From: an uncultured Chloroflexia bacterium
GTDB taxonomy: Bacteria > Chloroflexota > Dehalococcoidia > Dehalococcoidales > RBG-16-60-22
Assembly (NCBI GenBank): GCA_963727315.1
Contig: CAVSFE010000002.1
Span: 407,723-471,722 of the forward strand
DNA: 64,000 bases
Direction of reading: 5' to 3'
Below, piece after piece: positions 25,347-33,984 of this stretch. The notes below the pieces were generated by a model. The model saw only the letters and a list, made by a program, of their open reading frames with translations. It did not search any database and had not been told where the DNA came from. A program made the position numbers and the translations under genes. Position 1 is the stretch's first letter. Each line of letters starts with the position of its first letter.

Positions 25347-26780
25347 TCACACCGGTTTGGGTAGTGTGCAAGAAAATTTACATCCGGTGTTGGTTTCAGA
25401 ACAGGGACTCTCAGCCCATATCTTACCACCATGAGCCTCAACAATCCTCTTGGATATCGACAACCCCAGACCTGTCCCCTTGACTTCTACGTTGCTACCG
25501 CGGAAGAAGTCTTCAAAGAGACGCGGCATATCCTCACGGGGAATGCCAATACCGGTATCCATAACCTCAATCAGCAATTCCTTGCCTTGGTCCCGTACCC
25601 TGACGGTTACCGCACCCTCCGGTGTATATCTAATAGCATTATTCACCAGATTGGTTATCACCTGTTGCAGTCGTGGAGCCGAACCTATAATTGGGGGAAT
25701 CACTTCAGGCAACTCCACTTTCAGGTTTATGCCCTTTTCCTCGGCCAGATTACGCTGACCTTCGATGGAATCTTTTAGCACCTGTAGCAGTAAAATTTCC
25801 TTCATCTCCTGGACAATCTGGCCAGTCTCAATGCGTGGAATATCCAGCAAATCACTAATCAAGGTCAGGAGTTCGGTAATACGGTGAGAACTCCGCTCCA
25901 GCATATTCTTTTGCTTCTCAGAAATTTGCCCGGCGAAACCACCCAGCAAGACCCACAGGAAACCCTGAATGGCAGTAAGCGGCGCTTTCAGGTCATGAGC
26001 CGCAATGCCAAGAAAGCGTAAGAACTTCTCCCTTTCCTCTCTCAGTTTGTTTATTTCACTGGAGGCACGCTCCAGTTCACCGGTCTTTTCGGCAAGCAGA
26101 CGCTCACCCAGTGCCACCACCTGCCGCTGTCTCTTTCTCAGCTCCCCGGCAATAGCGGTGGTCACGTAGGTGATACAGTAAAGGAGCAATGCCAGGGTGA
26201 TGAGCCTGGCCACGATATAGCTTCCCTGCCGGTACTGCGTTGGCGAAACGAATCCCTGAAGATTGACATGAGATATCACACCAGCATATTCCAAACCCGC
26301 CATCAATGCCACAAAGGCAATGGCTACCGTGGACAACAGATATACTATCCGGTAGTTAAGGCCGATACTGGCCAGGACGATGTGAAAGACGAAGAAGAAC
26401 ATGAACGGGTTTTCTATCCCCCCGGTGAAATGCAGTATCACGGTCAGGGCAAGCATGTCAAGTAAAATGTGGGTATATGTATATTGCCGGACACGCGGAA
26501 TAACCCGCTGGGGCGGCAATTTCTTCAGTCCCCTGACCTGCTGTGTCAGTATCAGGTTATAAATAGCCATGAAGGCACAGACAATATATACTGGCAGGGT
26601 GGTAAAACCGATTTGAAACGCGTATCTGGCGACGAGGGTGACGATGATAACCCCGAGAATGGCAAACCACCTCATATTGTTAAATACCTTGAGGCGCATC
26701 ACCAGTGTTTCTTCTTCGGGGGTGTGCTCGGTCTCTTCTCCCACCGGGGCTTTATCACTTATGGTATTAATAGTAGTCAA
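25347..26780 (-). CDS. membrane sensor histidine kinase
   Basis: About 6 predicted TM helices, a coiled-coil linker, H-box FLGIAAHDLKAPL, N/G boxes NLVNNAIRYT, DTGIGI and GTGLGLS. TTG start with an AAGGA RBS. Confidence 0.85.
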   Translation of the reverse strand: MTTINTISDKAPVGEETEHTPEEETLVMRLKVFNNMRWFAILGVIIVTLVARYAFQIGFTTLPVYIVCAFMAIYNLILTQQVRGLKKLPPQRVIPRVRQYTYTHILLDMLALTVILHFTGGIENPFMFFFVFHIVLASIGLNYRIVYLLSTVAIAFVALMAGLEYAGVISHVNLQGFVSPTQYRQGSYIVARLITLALLLYCITYVTTAIAGELRKRQRQVVALGERLLAEKTGELERASSEINKLREEREKFLRFLGIAAHDLKAPLTAIQGFLWVLLGGFAGQISEKQKNMLERSSHRITELLTLISDLLDIPRIETGQIVQEMKEILLLQVLKDSIEGQRNLAEEKGINLKVELPEVIPPIIGSAPRLQQVITNLVNNAIRYTPEGAVTVRVRDQGKELLIEVMDTGIGIPREDMPRLFEDFFRGSNVEVKGTGLGLSISKRIVEAHGGKIWAESPCSETNTGCKFSCTLPKPV

Positions 26781-26785
26781 AATAC

Positions 26786-27199
26786 CTATCCTTTGCTTTT
26801 CATGGCTAAGGGTCCCCAGTTTTTTATCTGCTCAGTCATTTCATCGGTGATGGCGAGAAACCTATCGCCCTCCGATGGAGACACCCACTCCAAACGCAAC
26901 CGCCCATCTTCAATGCCCAATTGAGAAAGCACCTTTTTCAACAGGGCGATACGCCGCATGGTCATATAGTTCCCTTCGGAATAATGGCAGTCTCCGGGGG
27001 GGCAACCGAGAACCAGGATGCCGTCGGCACCAGATGTAAACGCCCTCAGAATGAAGTCGGGTTCCACCCGGCCGCTGCACATCACCCTGATAGGGCTGAT
27101 ATTGGCATTGAACTTTATAGGTGAAGCACCGCTGGCTTCGGTAATCCGGTAGGAACACCAGTTACACAGAAAGGCAACGATCTTTGGTTCAAAGCTCAT
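26786..27199 (-). CDS. MvhD-like (methyl-viologen-reducing hydrogenase delta subunit family) iron-sulfur protein, copy 2
   Basis: The ATG at 27199 gives MSFEPKIVAFLCNWCSYRITEASG...VMCSGRVEPDFILRAFTSGADGILVLGCPPGDCHY. The track ORF extends upstream into metV. Confidence 0.75.
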   Translation of the reverse strand: MSFEPKIVAFLCNWCSYRITEASGASPIKFNANISPIRVMCSGRVEPDFILRAFTSGADGILVLGCPPGDCHYSEGNYMTMRRIALLKKVLSQLGIEDGRLRLEWVSPSEGDRFLAITDEMTEQIKNWGPLAMKSKG

Positions 27200-27225
27200 A
27201 CCAATACTCCACTGGAGCGTACCGT

Positions 27226-27900
27226 TTATGTCCCCCCCGATTTCTCTTGAGAGGTTATGCGGCGGGGCCCACCAGCATGAGAGGTGCTCCAATCTCGTAG
27301 CGGCTGGATTTCATCCAGCATTTCCAATTTACCCCGCGCCGACAGGCGGTCAATTATCGCTTGCCAGGCACAAGGTATATCAGGTGATATTTCACACTTC
27401 CCTTTGGCTGACCCGCCACATGGCCCGTTCAGCAAACTCTTGGCACATCTTGTTATGGGACAGATGCCGGCCGTCTTATCGAGAATGCAGTTCCCACAGC
27501 CAGAACACCGCTCTACCCATACGCCCTCCGTCTCTGGCATCCCCATGCACACTGTATCAAGCCCGGGAAGAACCGAGATGGCAGCGAATTTCTCACTCAG
27601 CGCTTGTACTCCTACACCACAACCCAATGACAGTATGGCATCCTTTTCCTTCACCTTATCCCCTATCGCATCGAGAAATTCCCATTCGCACTGACGTTCT
27701 ACAGTATGTTCTGAGAAGACCCGGTTTTTGCCCGATATCCTGTCGGCCATGCGGAGAGATGAAGCGAGAATCCCGACCTCTTTGTCCCCGCCGCTAAAGC
27801 AAATAGCCACACATGTGCCGCAGCCAAGTACCAGAATATTCTGATAACCTTCAATCATTGCCTTGATATTCTCAAAAGGTTTTGCTTTGGCAATAATCAT
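27226..27900 (-). CDS. metV: MetV-like protein (methylene-THF reductase C-terminal-domain / Cys-rich partner of MetF)
   Basis: NILVLGCGTCVAICFSGG...LSLGCGVGVQ...ERCSGCGNCILDKTAGICPITRCAKSLLNGPCGGS...CAW matches the acetogen MetV architecture as I remember it. Confidence 0.7.
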   Translation of the reverse strand: MIIAKAKPFENIKAMIEGYQNILVLGCGTCVAICFSGGDKEVGILASSLRMADRISGKNRVFSEHTVERQCEWEFLDAIGDKVKEKDAILSLGCGVGVQALSEKFAAISVLPGLDTVCMGMPETEGVWVERCSGCGNCILDKTAGICPITRCAKSLLNGPCGGSAKGKCEISPDIPCAWQAIIDRLSARGKLEMLDEIQPLRDWSTSHAGGPRRITSQEKSGGT

Positions 27901-27901
27901 A

Positions 27902-28324
27902 TCAACCCCCCTTTATCGGGCTAGGTCCTAATTTTTTTATTCTCTCGGTCATTTCCCGGGCAACTTCGGAAAATCGTCCACCCTCCGCTGAAGACATGAA
28001 GAACATCTCCAGCCTGTCCTTGCCCAGGCCAATTTTTTCCAGAAGATTTTTAGCGCGCGCTACTCTTTTCTCAGCGCGAAGGTTTCCCTCAACGAAATGG
28101 CAGCCACCTTTGAGACATCCGGCGACAAAAACGCCGTCAGCGCCCTGCTCGAAAGCCTTCAAGATATAGAGAATATCAACCGTGCCTGAACAGGGGAGCT
28201 TAACAATCTTGATATTAGTCGGGTATTGCAGTCGCATCACCCCGGCGAGGTCGGCCGCGGCATAAGCGCAGTAGTGGCAGCTGAAAGCCACAATCTCCGG
28301 TTCAAACTGTTCGGCAGAGGTCAT
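27902..28324 (-). CDS. mvhD: MvhD-like iron-sulfur protein, copy 1
   Basis: FEPEIVAFSCHYCAYAAADLAG...KLPCSGTVDILYILKAFEQGADGVFVAGCLKGGCHF. Confidence 0.8.
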   Translation of the reverse strand: MTSAEQFEPEIVAFSCHYCAYAAADLAGVMRLQYPTNIKIVKLPCSGTVDILYILKAFEQGADGVFVAGCLKGGCHFVEGNLRAEKRVARAKNLLEKIGLGKDRLEMFFMSSAEGGRFSEVAREMTERIKKLGPSPIKGG

Positions 28325-28475
28325 TTTTCTCCTCAGGTAAATCTTAGCTAATCGGCGTCAGCAAAGCCCGGCTCTTGACGATTACCTGCTCTTTCTTATA
28401 ATTTAACAACTCTATAGCTTCTCTGAGGACACTCAGCGGCACAGATACCGCAGCCTCGACACTTGGCCACTTCTA

Positions 28476-30131
28476 TCACGGCCACGCCATCTTCGTTAAT
28501 ATAGGGTACATCATAGGGGCAGACGCGAACACAGGTAAGACAGGCTTTACACTTTTCCGCATCCACCTGACAGACAGCGCCACCGACCTCCAGCTGTTGT
28601 TTCGACAGGATAGTTGTGGCTCGCCCCGCGGCTGCCTGCGCCTGTGTATGGTCTCATCAATGAACTTCGGGGAATGGGCCGTGCCACACAGGTATATCCC
28701 CTCCGAAGCAAAGTCAACCGGCGCCAGTTTGACATGGGCCTCGTGGAAGAAACCTTCCTCAGTCAGCGGCACCTTCAGGATTTTGCTCAGTTCTTCATTA
28801 CCTTCAGCAGGGACCATGGGCGTTGCCAGGACCAGAAAATCAGGTGATAGGACAAGCTCCTCACCCAAGATCGGGTCGAAGGCTATAACTTCGAGCTTGC
28901 TATCGATGGCGTTAACCTTGGGTAATTTATCATCGGAATAGCGAATGAACACTATGCCTTTTTTGCGCGCTTCGGTGTAGAGTTCCTCTTTGAAGCCATA
29001 GGTCCGGACGTCTTTGTAGAGTATATAGATATTTGCCTGCGGACTCATTTCTTTTATCTTCAGGGCATTCTTAATGGCAACGGTACAACAAACCCGACTG
29101 CAATACTGGTAATTCTTGCCGGGAGGCCGGGCACATAGAATCATAGCTATATCTTTAGCCGATGCTATTTCTTGGGGAGACGCCACGATTTTCTCTTCAA
29201 GGTCGCTCAAAGTAAGCACCTTTTCATTCTGTCCCAGCAGGTACTCGCTACCCCGGTATTCTTTGGCTCCCGAGGCGACAATGATTACTCCGTGCTCGAC
29301 CAACCGCTGTTTCTGTCCGTTTTCACTGGCGAGGGTGGTTTTAAAATTACCGACAAAACCATCTGTCTTGACCACAACTGTATCCATAAGGACTTCAATC
29401 AGCGGATTTGCCTTGACTCGCCTTTTTAAGGACTCCAGGAAATCCTGGGGGCTCTCCCCGTTAAGAGACAGGTGAATCTTCCTTGTCCAGCCGCCCAGCT
29501 CCTTTTCCCTTTCCACCAGGTATGTCTTGAACCCCTGCTCGGCCAGATTGAGAGCGGCCGTCATACCGGCAACACCGCCGCCAATGACCAGAGCATCATG
29601 ACTGAGCCCCAGGGTCACCTTGTGCAGTGGCTCAAGCAGGGCAACACGGGCTACGGCCATCCGAATTAATTCTTTAGCTTTCTCGGTGGCCTTTTTAGGT
29701 TCACGCATATGGACCCACGAGCACTGGTCGCGGATATTAGCCATCTCAAAGAGGAAGCGGTTAAGTCCGGCTTCCTTTATGGTCTCCTGGAACAGGGGTT
29801 CATGAGTTCGAGGGGTGCAGGAGGCAACCACCACCCGATTAAGGTTATATTCCTTTATCTTTTCCTTTATCTTCTCCTGGGTATCCTGGGAGCAGGTATA
29901 GAGGTTTCTATCAACAAAGACTACATTTGGCAGTGTCGCGGCATAATCCTTTACCTCCGGGACATTGACGTAACCACCGATATTGATGCCGCAATGGCAA
30001 ACGAAGACGCCAATTCTCGGCGGCTCCTTAGAGACATCTTTTTCCGGGGGATATTCCTTCTCTACCGTCAGAGTGTGGCGTGACGAGGCAAGTAAAGCTG
30101 AAGAATTGGCGGCGGCGGCGCTGGCCTGCAT
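28476..30131 (-). CDS. HdrA-like flavoprotein, C-terminal third of a single large gene (true extent about 28396..32812, with frameshifts near 28645 and 30258)
   Basis: GVFVCHCGINIGGYV...ASCTPRTHE...ALVIGGGVAGMTAALNLAEQG... The last ~55 codons of the track ORF are out of frame. The shifted frame reads QAQAAAGRATTILSKQQLEVGGAVCQVDAEKCKACLTCVRVCPYDVPYINEDGVAVIEVAKCRGCGICAAECPQ, with a stop at 28396-28398. Confidence 0.8.
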   Translation of the reverse strand: MQASAAAANSSALLASSRHTLTVEKEYPPEKDVSKEPPRIGVFVCHCGINIGGYVNVPEVKDYAATLPNVVFVDRNLYTCSQDTQEKIKEKIKEYNLNRVVVASCTPRTHEPLFQETIKEAGLNRFLFEMANIRDQCSWVHMREPKKATEKAKELIRMAVARVALLEPLHKVTLGLSHDALVIGGGVAGMTAALNLAEQGFKTYLVEREKELGGWTRKIHLSLNGESPQDFLESLKRRVKANPLIEVLMDTVVVKTDGFVGNFKTTLASENGQKQRLVEHGVIIVASGAKEYRGSEYLLGQNEKVLTLSDLEEKIVASPQEIASAKDIAMILCARPPGKNYQYCSRVCCTVAIKNALKIKEMSPQANIYILYKDVRTYGFKEELYTEARKKGIVFIRYSDDKLPKVNAIDSKLEVIAFDPILGEELVLSPDFLVLATPMVPAEGNEELSKILKVPLTEEGFFHEAHVKLAPVDFASEGIYLCGTAHSPKFIDETIHRRRQPRGEPQLSCRNNSWRSVALSVRWMRKSVKPVLPVFASAPMMYPILTKMAWP

Positions 30132-30246
30132 TACCGTCTCAGGGATGTCCTTGGGTGCCTGAAAAACGCCGGTGACGAAGATGCCTGGACTTGATGTCTC
30201 GACCGGTGAAAATTCTCCGGTCTGGCAGAACCGGTATTTATTGAGG

Positions 30247-31470
30247 TCAATGCCCAGTCTCTCTGGCCAGTTTTACGCCTTTCGCGGATGGCTGGAATCC
30301 TACCGAAAGAACTACCAGGTCGAATTCCTCGTTCTTTAACGTTCCATCTTCTTCAGCAAACCTGAGAAGTAGATTCCCGGTGGCTTTGACCTCTTCGATA
30401 TTAAATACCCTTGACCTCACAAAGCGGACTTTATGTTCTTGTTGCGCGCGATGGTAATACTGCTCATATCCCTTCCCGAAGGTCCTCATATCCATGAAAA
30501 AGATGGTTGTGTCAATCTCCCGACCGGCATGTTCTTTAGCAATGATAGCCTGTTTGATGGCATAGGTGCAGCAAACTGATGAGCAGTAGCCGGCATTGAT
30601 ACTCTCATCCCTGGAGCCAACACATTGAATCCAGGCAATCTTTTGGATGGGTTTCCTGTCCAAAGGCCTGATTAACTCACCTTTAAAAGGCCCGGAAGCG
30701 CTCAGCATGCGCTCAAACATGATGCTGGTAACGACATTCGGATATTTGCCATAGCCATAGTTGGTCAAGGCCGAAGGCTCATATTCGTCAAGTCCAGGAG
30801 ATAGGATGATAGAGCCGACGTTAATATCTACGTATTCATCCTGCATCTCATGGTTGATGGCGTCGGCTTCGCATCTTTCCTCACACTCCCGGCACTCAAA
30901 GCAGCCCTCTATCTGCGAGGCTAAGCAGCGTCTTGCCTCTCTCCGGGCCGCGGCTATAGAATAGACCTGCTCCACCTCTTTAAAGCCTTTGATTCGTCTC
31001 TCTGGCTTCAGCTCTTTACCTTTCACCCTGTTCTTCGAAGGGAAGCGCTTTTTAAGGGCAACAATTTCATTTTTACTGAGTTCTTGCGGGGCTCGGGTAT
31101 CATCTTTGGAGGTTAAAGGCTCTCCTTTGAGATATTCATCGATGGAACGCGCCGCTTTCTTCCCGGCGGCGATAGCCTCAATAACCATGGCCGGACCGGT
31201 AACCACGTCTCCGCCGGCAAAAATACCGTTAATATTGGTAGCTAAAGTGGCTTCATTGACGGCGATTGTTCCCCGCGCGGTTACTTTCAAGCCATTTTTC
31301 CTGGCATAATCAATATCTGGAGCTTGACCCAGAGCCGGAATAACGGTATCAACATCGATGAAGAATTCAGAGCCTTCAATCGGGACAGGGCGACGACGAC
31401 CGCTGTCATCAGGCTCCCCGAGATTCATCTTAATACACTCGATCCTGGTGACCCTGCCTCCTCTCGGCAA
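30247..31470 (-). CDS. middle fragment of the same gene: end of the GltD/NfnB-like NAD(P)H module plus the HdrA core
   Basis: GRVTRIECIKMNLGEPDDSGRRRP...FAGGDVVTGPAMVIEAIAAGKKAA (GltD-like), then CFECRECEERC, CVGSRD...YCSSVCC (HdrA-like). The start and end are both created by frame changes. Confidence 0.8.
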   Translation of the reverse strand: MPRGGRVTRIECIKMNLGEPDDSGRRRPVPIEGSEFFIDVDTVIPALGQAPDIDYARKNGLKVTARGTIAVNEATLATNINGIFAGGDVVTGPAMVIEAIAAGKKAARSIDEYLKGEPLTSKDDTRAPQELSKNEIVALKKRFPSKNRVKGKELKPERRIKGFKEVEQVYSIAAARREARRCLASQIEGCFECRECEERCEADAINHEMQDEYVDINVGSIILSPGLDEYEPSALTNYGYGKYPNVVTSIMFERMLSASGPFKGELIRPLDRKPIQKIAWIQCVGSRDESINAGYCSSVCCTYAIKQAIIAKEHAGREIDTTIFFMDMRTFGKGYEQYYHRAQQEHKVRFVRSRVFNIEEVKATGNLLLRFAEEDGTLKNEEFDLVVLSVGFQPSAKGVKLARETGH

Positions 31471-32812
31471 TTACCCGGGTGGGGTTAGCCAGAAACATGA
31501 TATCGATGCCTTCTTCCTCGGCGGCCCTGACCTCCTCATCGCTGGCCGGCATCTCCGAACGGGAACGCCGGTAGATGACTTTCACTTCGGCGCCCAATCT
31601 CCTGGCCACGCGGGCGGCATCCATCGCCGCATTACCGCCGCCAATAACTGCCACCCTTTTACCGACATCGACTTTTTCTCCCGAGTTGACTTTTCGCAGA
31701 AATTCGACGGCATGGACGACGCCGGCAGAATCCTCTCCGGGGATACCCAGCCTCAGACTTTGATGGGCGCCTGAGGCAATGAAAATAGCTTGATAGTCCT
31801 GCCTGAGCTGTTCCAGCGTTATCTCTTTGCCTACTTTAACCTTCGTCTTTATGTTTACCCCTAATTTCTCGATATAGCCTATATCCCTGGCGAGTATGTC
31901 CTTGGGGAGTCTATATGCAGGTATTCCGTATCTGAGCATGCCCCCTGGCTCAGGCAAGGCCTCATAAATGGTCACCTCATAACCTTCGAGGGCCAGATCA
32001 TGCGCTGCCGCCAGACCCGCCGGACCACTCCCGATGATAGCCACCTTCTTACCATTCCTGGTTATCTGAGGGACTTCGTAGTTCTCAATATCAATTTGGT
32101 CGGTAACGAATCTTTTTAAAGCACGAGAAGCAACAGGTTCATCAAGCTGCCCGCGATTGCAGGCTTCTTCACAGGGCGCGTAGCAAACCCGACCGCAGAT
32201 GGCTGGTAGAGGATTGGTACTCCTGATCAAGGCATAGGCTTCTTTGAACATTCCCTCGGCAACCAAAGCCGCGTAACCTTGAACATTCATGTGGATGGGG
32301 CAGGCATCCTTACAAGCGGCATGACAGGGTCTTTCTTCTCTTTTATCGATGGCGTATGTCCTGGGTACTGCTTGAAGATAAGGTGTATAAATGGCTTTCC
32401 TGGTTCCCAGCCCTTCGTCAAAGGCACTCGGCATGATAATAGGGCATCCCTCGGCACATACTCCGCAGCCGGTACATTTAGCACCGTCAACGAATCTGGC
32501 CTTTTTCTTAACAGAAACAGTAAAATTCCCGGGCTTACCCCGGACACCAAGGACTTCTGAATATGTTAGAAGGTCGATGTTAAGATGTCTCCCGCACTCC
32601 ACCAGTTTGGGAGAGAGAATACACATAGAACAATCATTGGTGGGTAGAGTTTTGTCAAGCTGAGCCATCACGCCGCCAATGGCGGGGGAATCCTCTACAA
32701 GGTAGACTTTATACCCGGACTCAGCGAGGTCGAGGGCTGATTGAATCCCGCCGACACCCCCACCAACGACAAGTACCGCCCCTATTTTTTCGCTTGCCAC
32801 CGTCTTGTCCAC
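31430..32812 (-). CDS. N-terminal fragment of the same gene: HdrA N-terminus with an inserted GltD-like Fe-S/FAD/NAD(P) module
   Basis: AVLVVGGGVGGIQSALDLAESGYKVYLVE...LPTNDCSMCIL...CTGCGVCAEGCP (HdrA). Then NPLPAICGRVCYAPCEEAC, VAIIGSGPAGLAAAHDLA and VAVIGGGNAAMDAA (GltD/NfnB-like). Confidence 0.8.
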   Translation of the reverse strand: MDKTVASEKIGAVLVVGGGVGGIQSALDLAESGYKVYLVEDSPAIGGVMAQLDKTLPTNDCSMCILSPKLVECGRHLNIDLLTYSEVLGVRGKPGNFTVSVKKKARFVDGAKCTGCGVCAEGCPIIMPSAFDEGLGTRKAIYTPYLQAVPRTYAIDKREERPCHAACKDACPIHMNVQGYAALVAEGMFKEAYALIRSTNPLPAICGRVCYAPCEEACNRGQLDEPVASRALKRFVTDQIDIENYEVPQITRNGKKVAIIGSGPAGLAAAHDLALEGYEVTIYEALPEPGGMLRYGIPAYRLPKDILARDIGYIEKLGVNIKTKVKVGKEITLEQLRQDYQAIFIASGAHQSLRLGIPGEDSAGVVHAVEFLRKVNSGEKVDVGKRVAVIGGGNAAMDAARVARRLGAEVKVIYRRSRSEMPASDEEVRAAEEEGIDIMFLANPTRVIAERRQGHQDRVY

Positions 32813-32865
32813 TTTTCCCCATCCTGATTTCAGCTGGGGGCTATTCTCGATTTTTGCTGAATCTA

Positions 32866-33435
32866 TTATGCTAAAGCCGCTTCTATTGCTTGCACTATAT
32901 CCTTGTTGTCAAAAAGGCTCATGGCAATTGCCCCGGCCGGACAAGCCGCACTACACACGCCGCAGCCGCGGCACGATTCAATAACAAGGTGAACAGTATA
33001 TTTATCATCCTTTGTTTCCAGCTTAAGCGCTTCGAAGGGGCATGTTGATACACAGATACCGCAACCCGAGCATAAGTCTTCATTGATGGACAAAGGAAGA
33101 GTGTATCCTTCTTTGGTCGCCAGGTGTTTCAGGATATCCCAGACAACGGAAAACTTGACTTTCTGCGGGCAGTTTTTCTCGCATAGAAAACACTCAGAAC
33201 AATACCAGATATAAGGGCTACTTAAGACTTTATTTCGCATACCTAGGTTAAGCATCCTGACTATTTTCCTCGGGTCATGCTCGGGGTATATTTCATGAAT
33301 GGGACAGGCAGCGGTGCAGGTTCCACAGGTAAAGCAAGCAGTAGCGTCATTAATAATATCGCCAGCGGCTACCTCAAACTTAAAATTACGGTCAAGTTCC
33401 GATACTCTAACTGGCTTAGGTGCTGAAATCTCCAT
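32866..33435 (-). CDS. HdrC-like 4Fe-4S dicluster protein with an extra ferredoxin domain
   Basis: CFTCGTCTAACP...CSECFLCEKNCP (HdrC-like spacing), then CSGCGICVSTCP...CRGCGVCSAACP. Confidence 0.7.
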   Translation of the reverse strand: MEISAPKPVRVSELDRNFKFEVAAGDIINDATACFTCGTCTAACPIHEIYPEHDPRKIVRMLNLGMRNKVLSSPYIWYCSECFLCEKNCPQKVKFSVVWDILKHLATKEGYTLPLSINEDLCSGCGICVSTCPFEALKLETKDDKYTVHLVIESCRGCGVCSAACPAGAIAMSLFDNKDIVQAIEAALA

Positions 33436-33488
33436 TCAATCGCTTTCTTTCCGCATAATTGTCATCACGTCACAACTTGGTAATGAAC

Positions 33489-33517
33489 ACTTTAACTAAT
33501 TGCATTTTTCTTGTCAA
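33489..33517 (-). promoter_or_regulatory. putative sigma70-type promoter of the hdr/met operon
   Basis: On the minus strand: TTGACA - 17 nt - TAAAGT, about 50 nt upstream of the ATG at 33435. Confidence 0.4.
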
Positions 33518-33845
33518 GTTTAAACATCGGCCTTACTTTTGCGCAACTTCTCTCTTCTATTGAAGGAAATTCCATCTCTCCTACCAAGGTAAACGCTGGC
33601 CGGGGTAATAATCGTCCATTTTGTTCAACTTACAGGAACATTCGCTTGTTTTGTGTAGTGTCTGAGCCATCGCTTATTGGAGAATGGGTCCCGGCAGTTG
33701 TGGTTACACTGAAATCCACAACCATACAGTGGCTTTGTATTTGCGGATGGTATCCGTTTTTACTTTGGGTAGCTTATGCCACACGACCTACTCTATCAAC
33801 AAGGCCAGCAACTACTTATTCTTAGGGTTGATTACTTAGTAAGAA

Positions 33846-33865
33846 TTTGCTAACATTTTGCTAAC
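33846..33865 (+). repeat. two tandem TTTGCTAAC motifs with 11-nt period, at the island right arm
   Basis: TTTGCTAAC-AT-TTTGCTAAC, in the same orientation as 11587-11607 and 120 nt before the second direct repeat. Confidence 0.6.
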
Positions 33866-33984
33866 GGACTAGAAATGACTGAACAATACATAAAGGTAAT
33901 TTACGTACGAATATTTAAATTCGACAATAAAAGAAAACGACTACTCTAAACGTAAAAACACCATATGACAGAACAGATAACAAG

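Noticed and set aside
28396-32812. Interpreting the HdrA breaks as selenocysteine recoding or programmed ribosomal frameshifting.
   Set aside because: The breaks are changes of frame, not in-frame TGA codons. No slippery heptamer or downstream pseudoknot-like structure is evident. Similar breaks occur in unrelated genes across the window.
33511-33825. The 104-aa plus-strand ORF in the island right arm.
   Set aside because: It has no RBS and its composition is atypical for coding DNA. It overlaps the putative hdr promoter and the possible recombinase remnant on the other strand, so it is probably non-coding.
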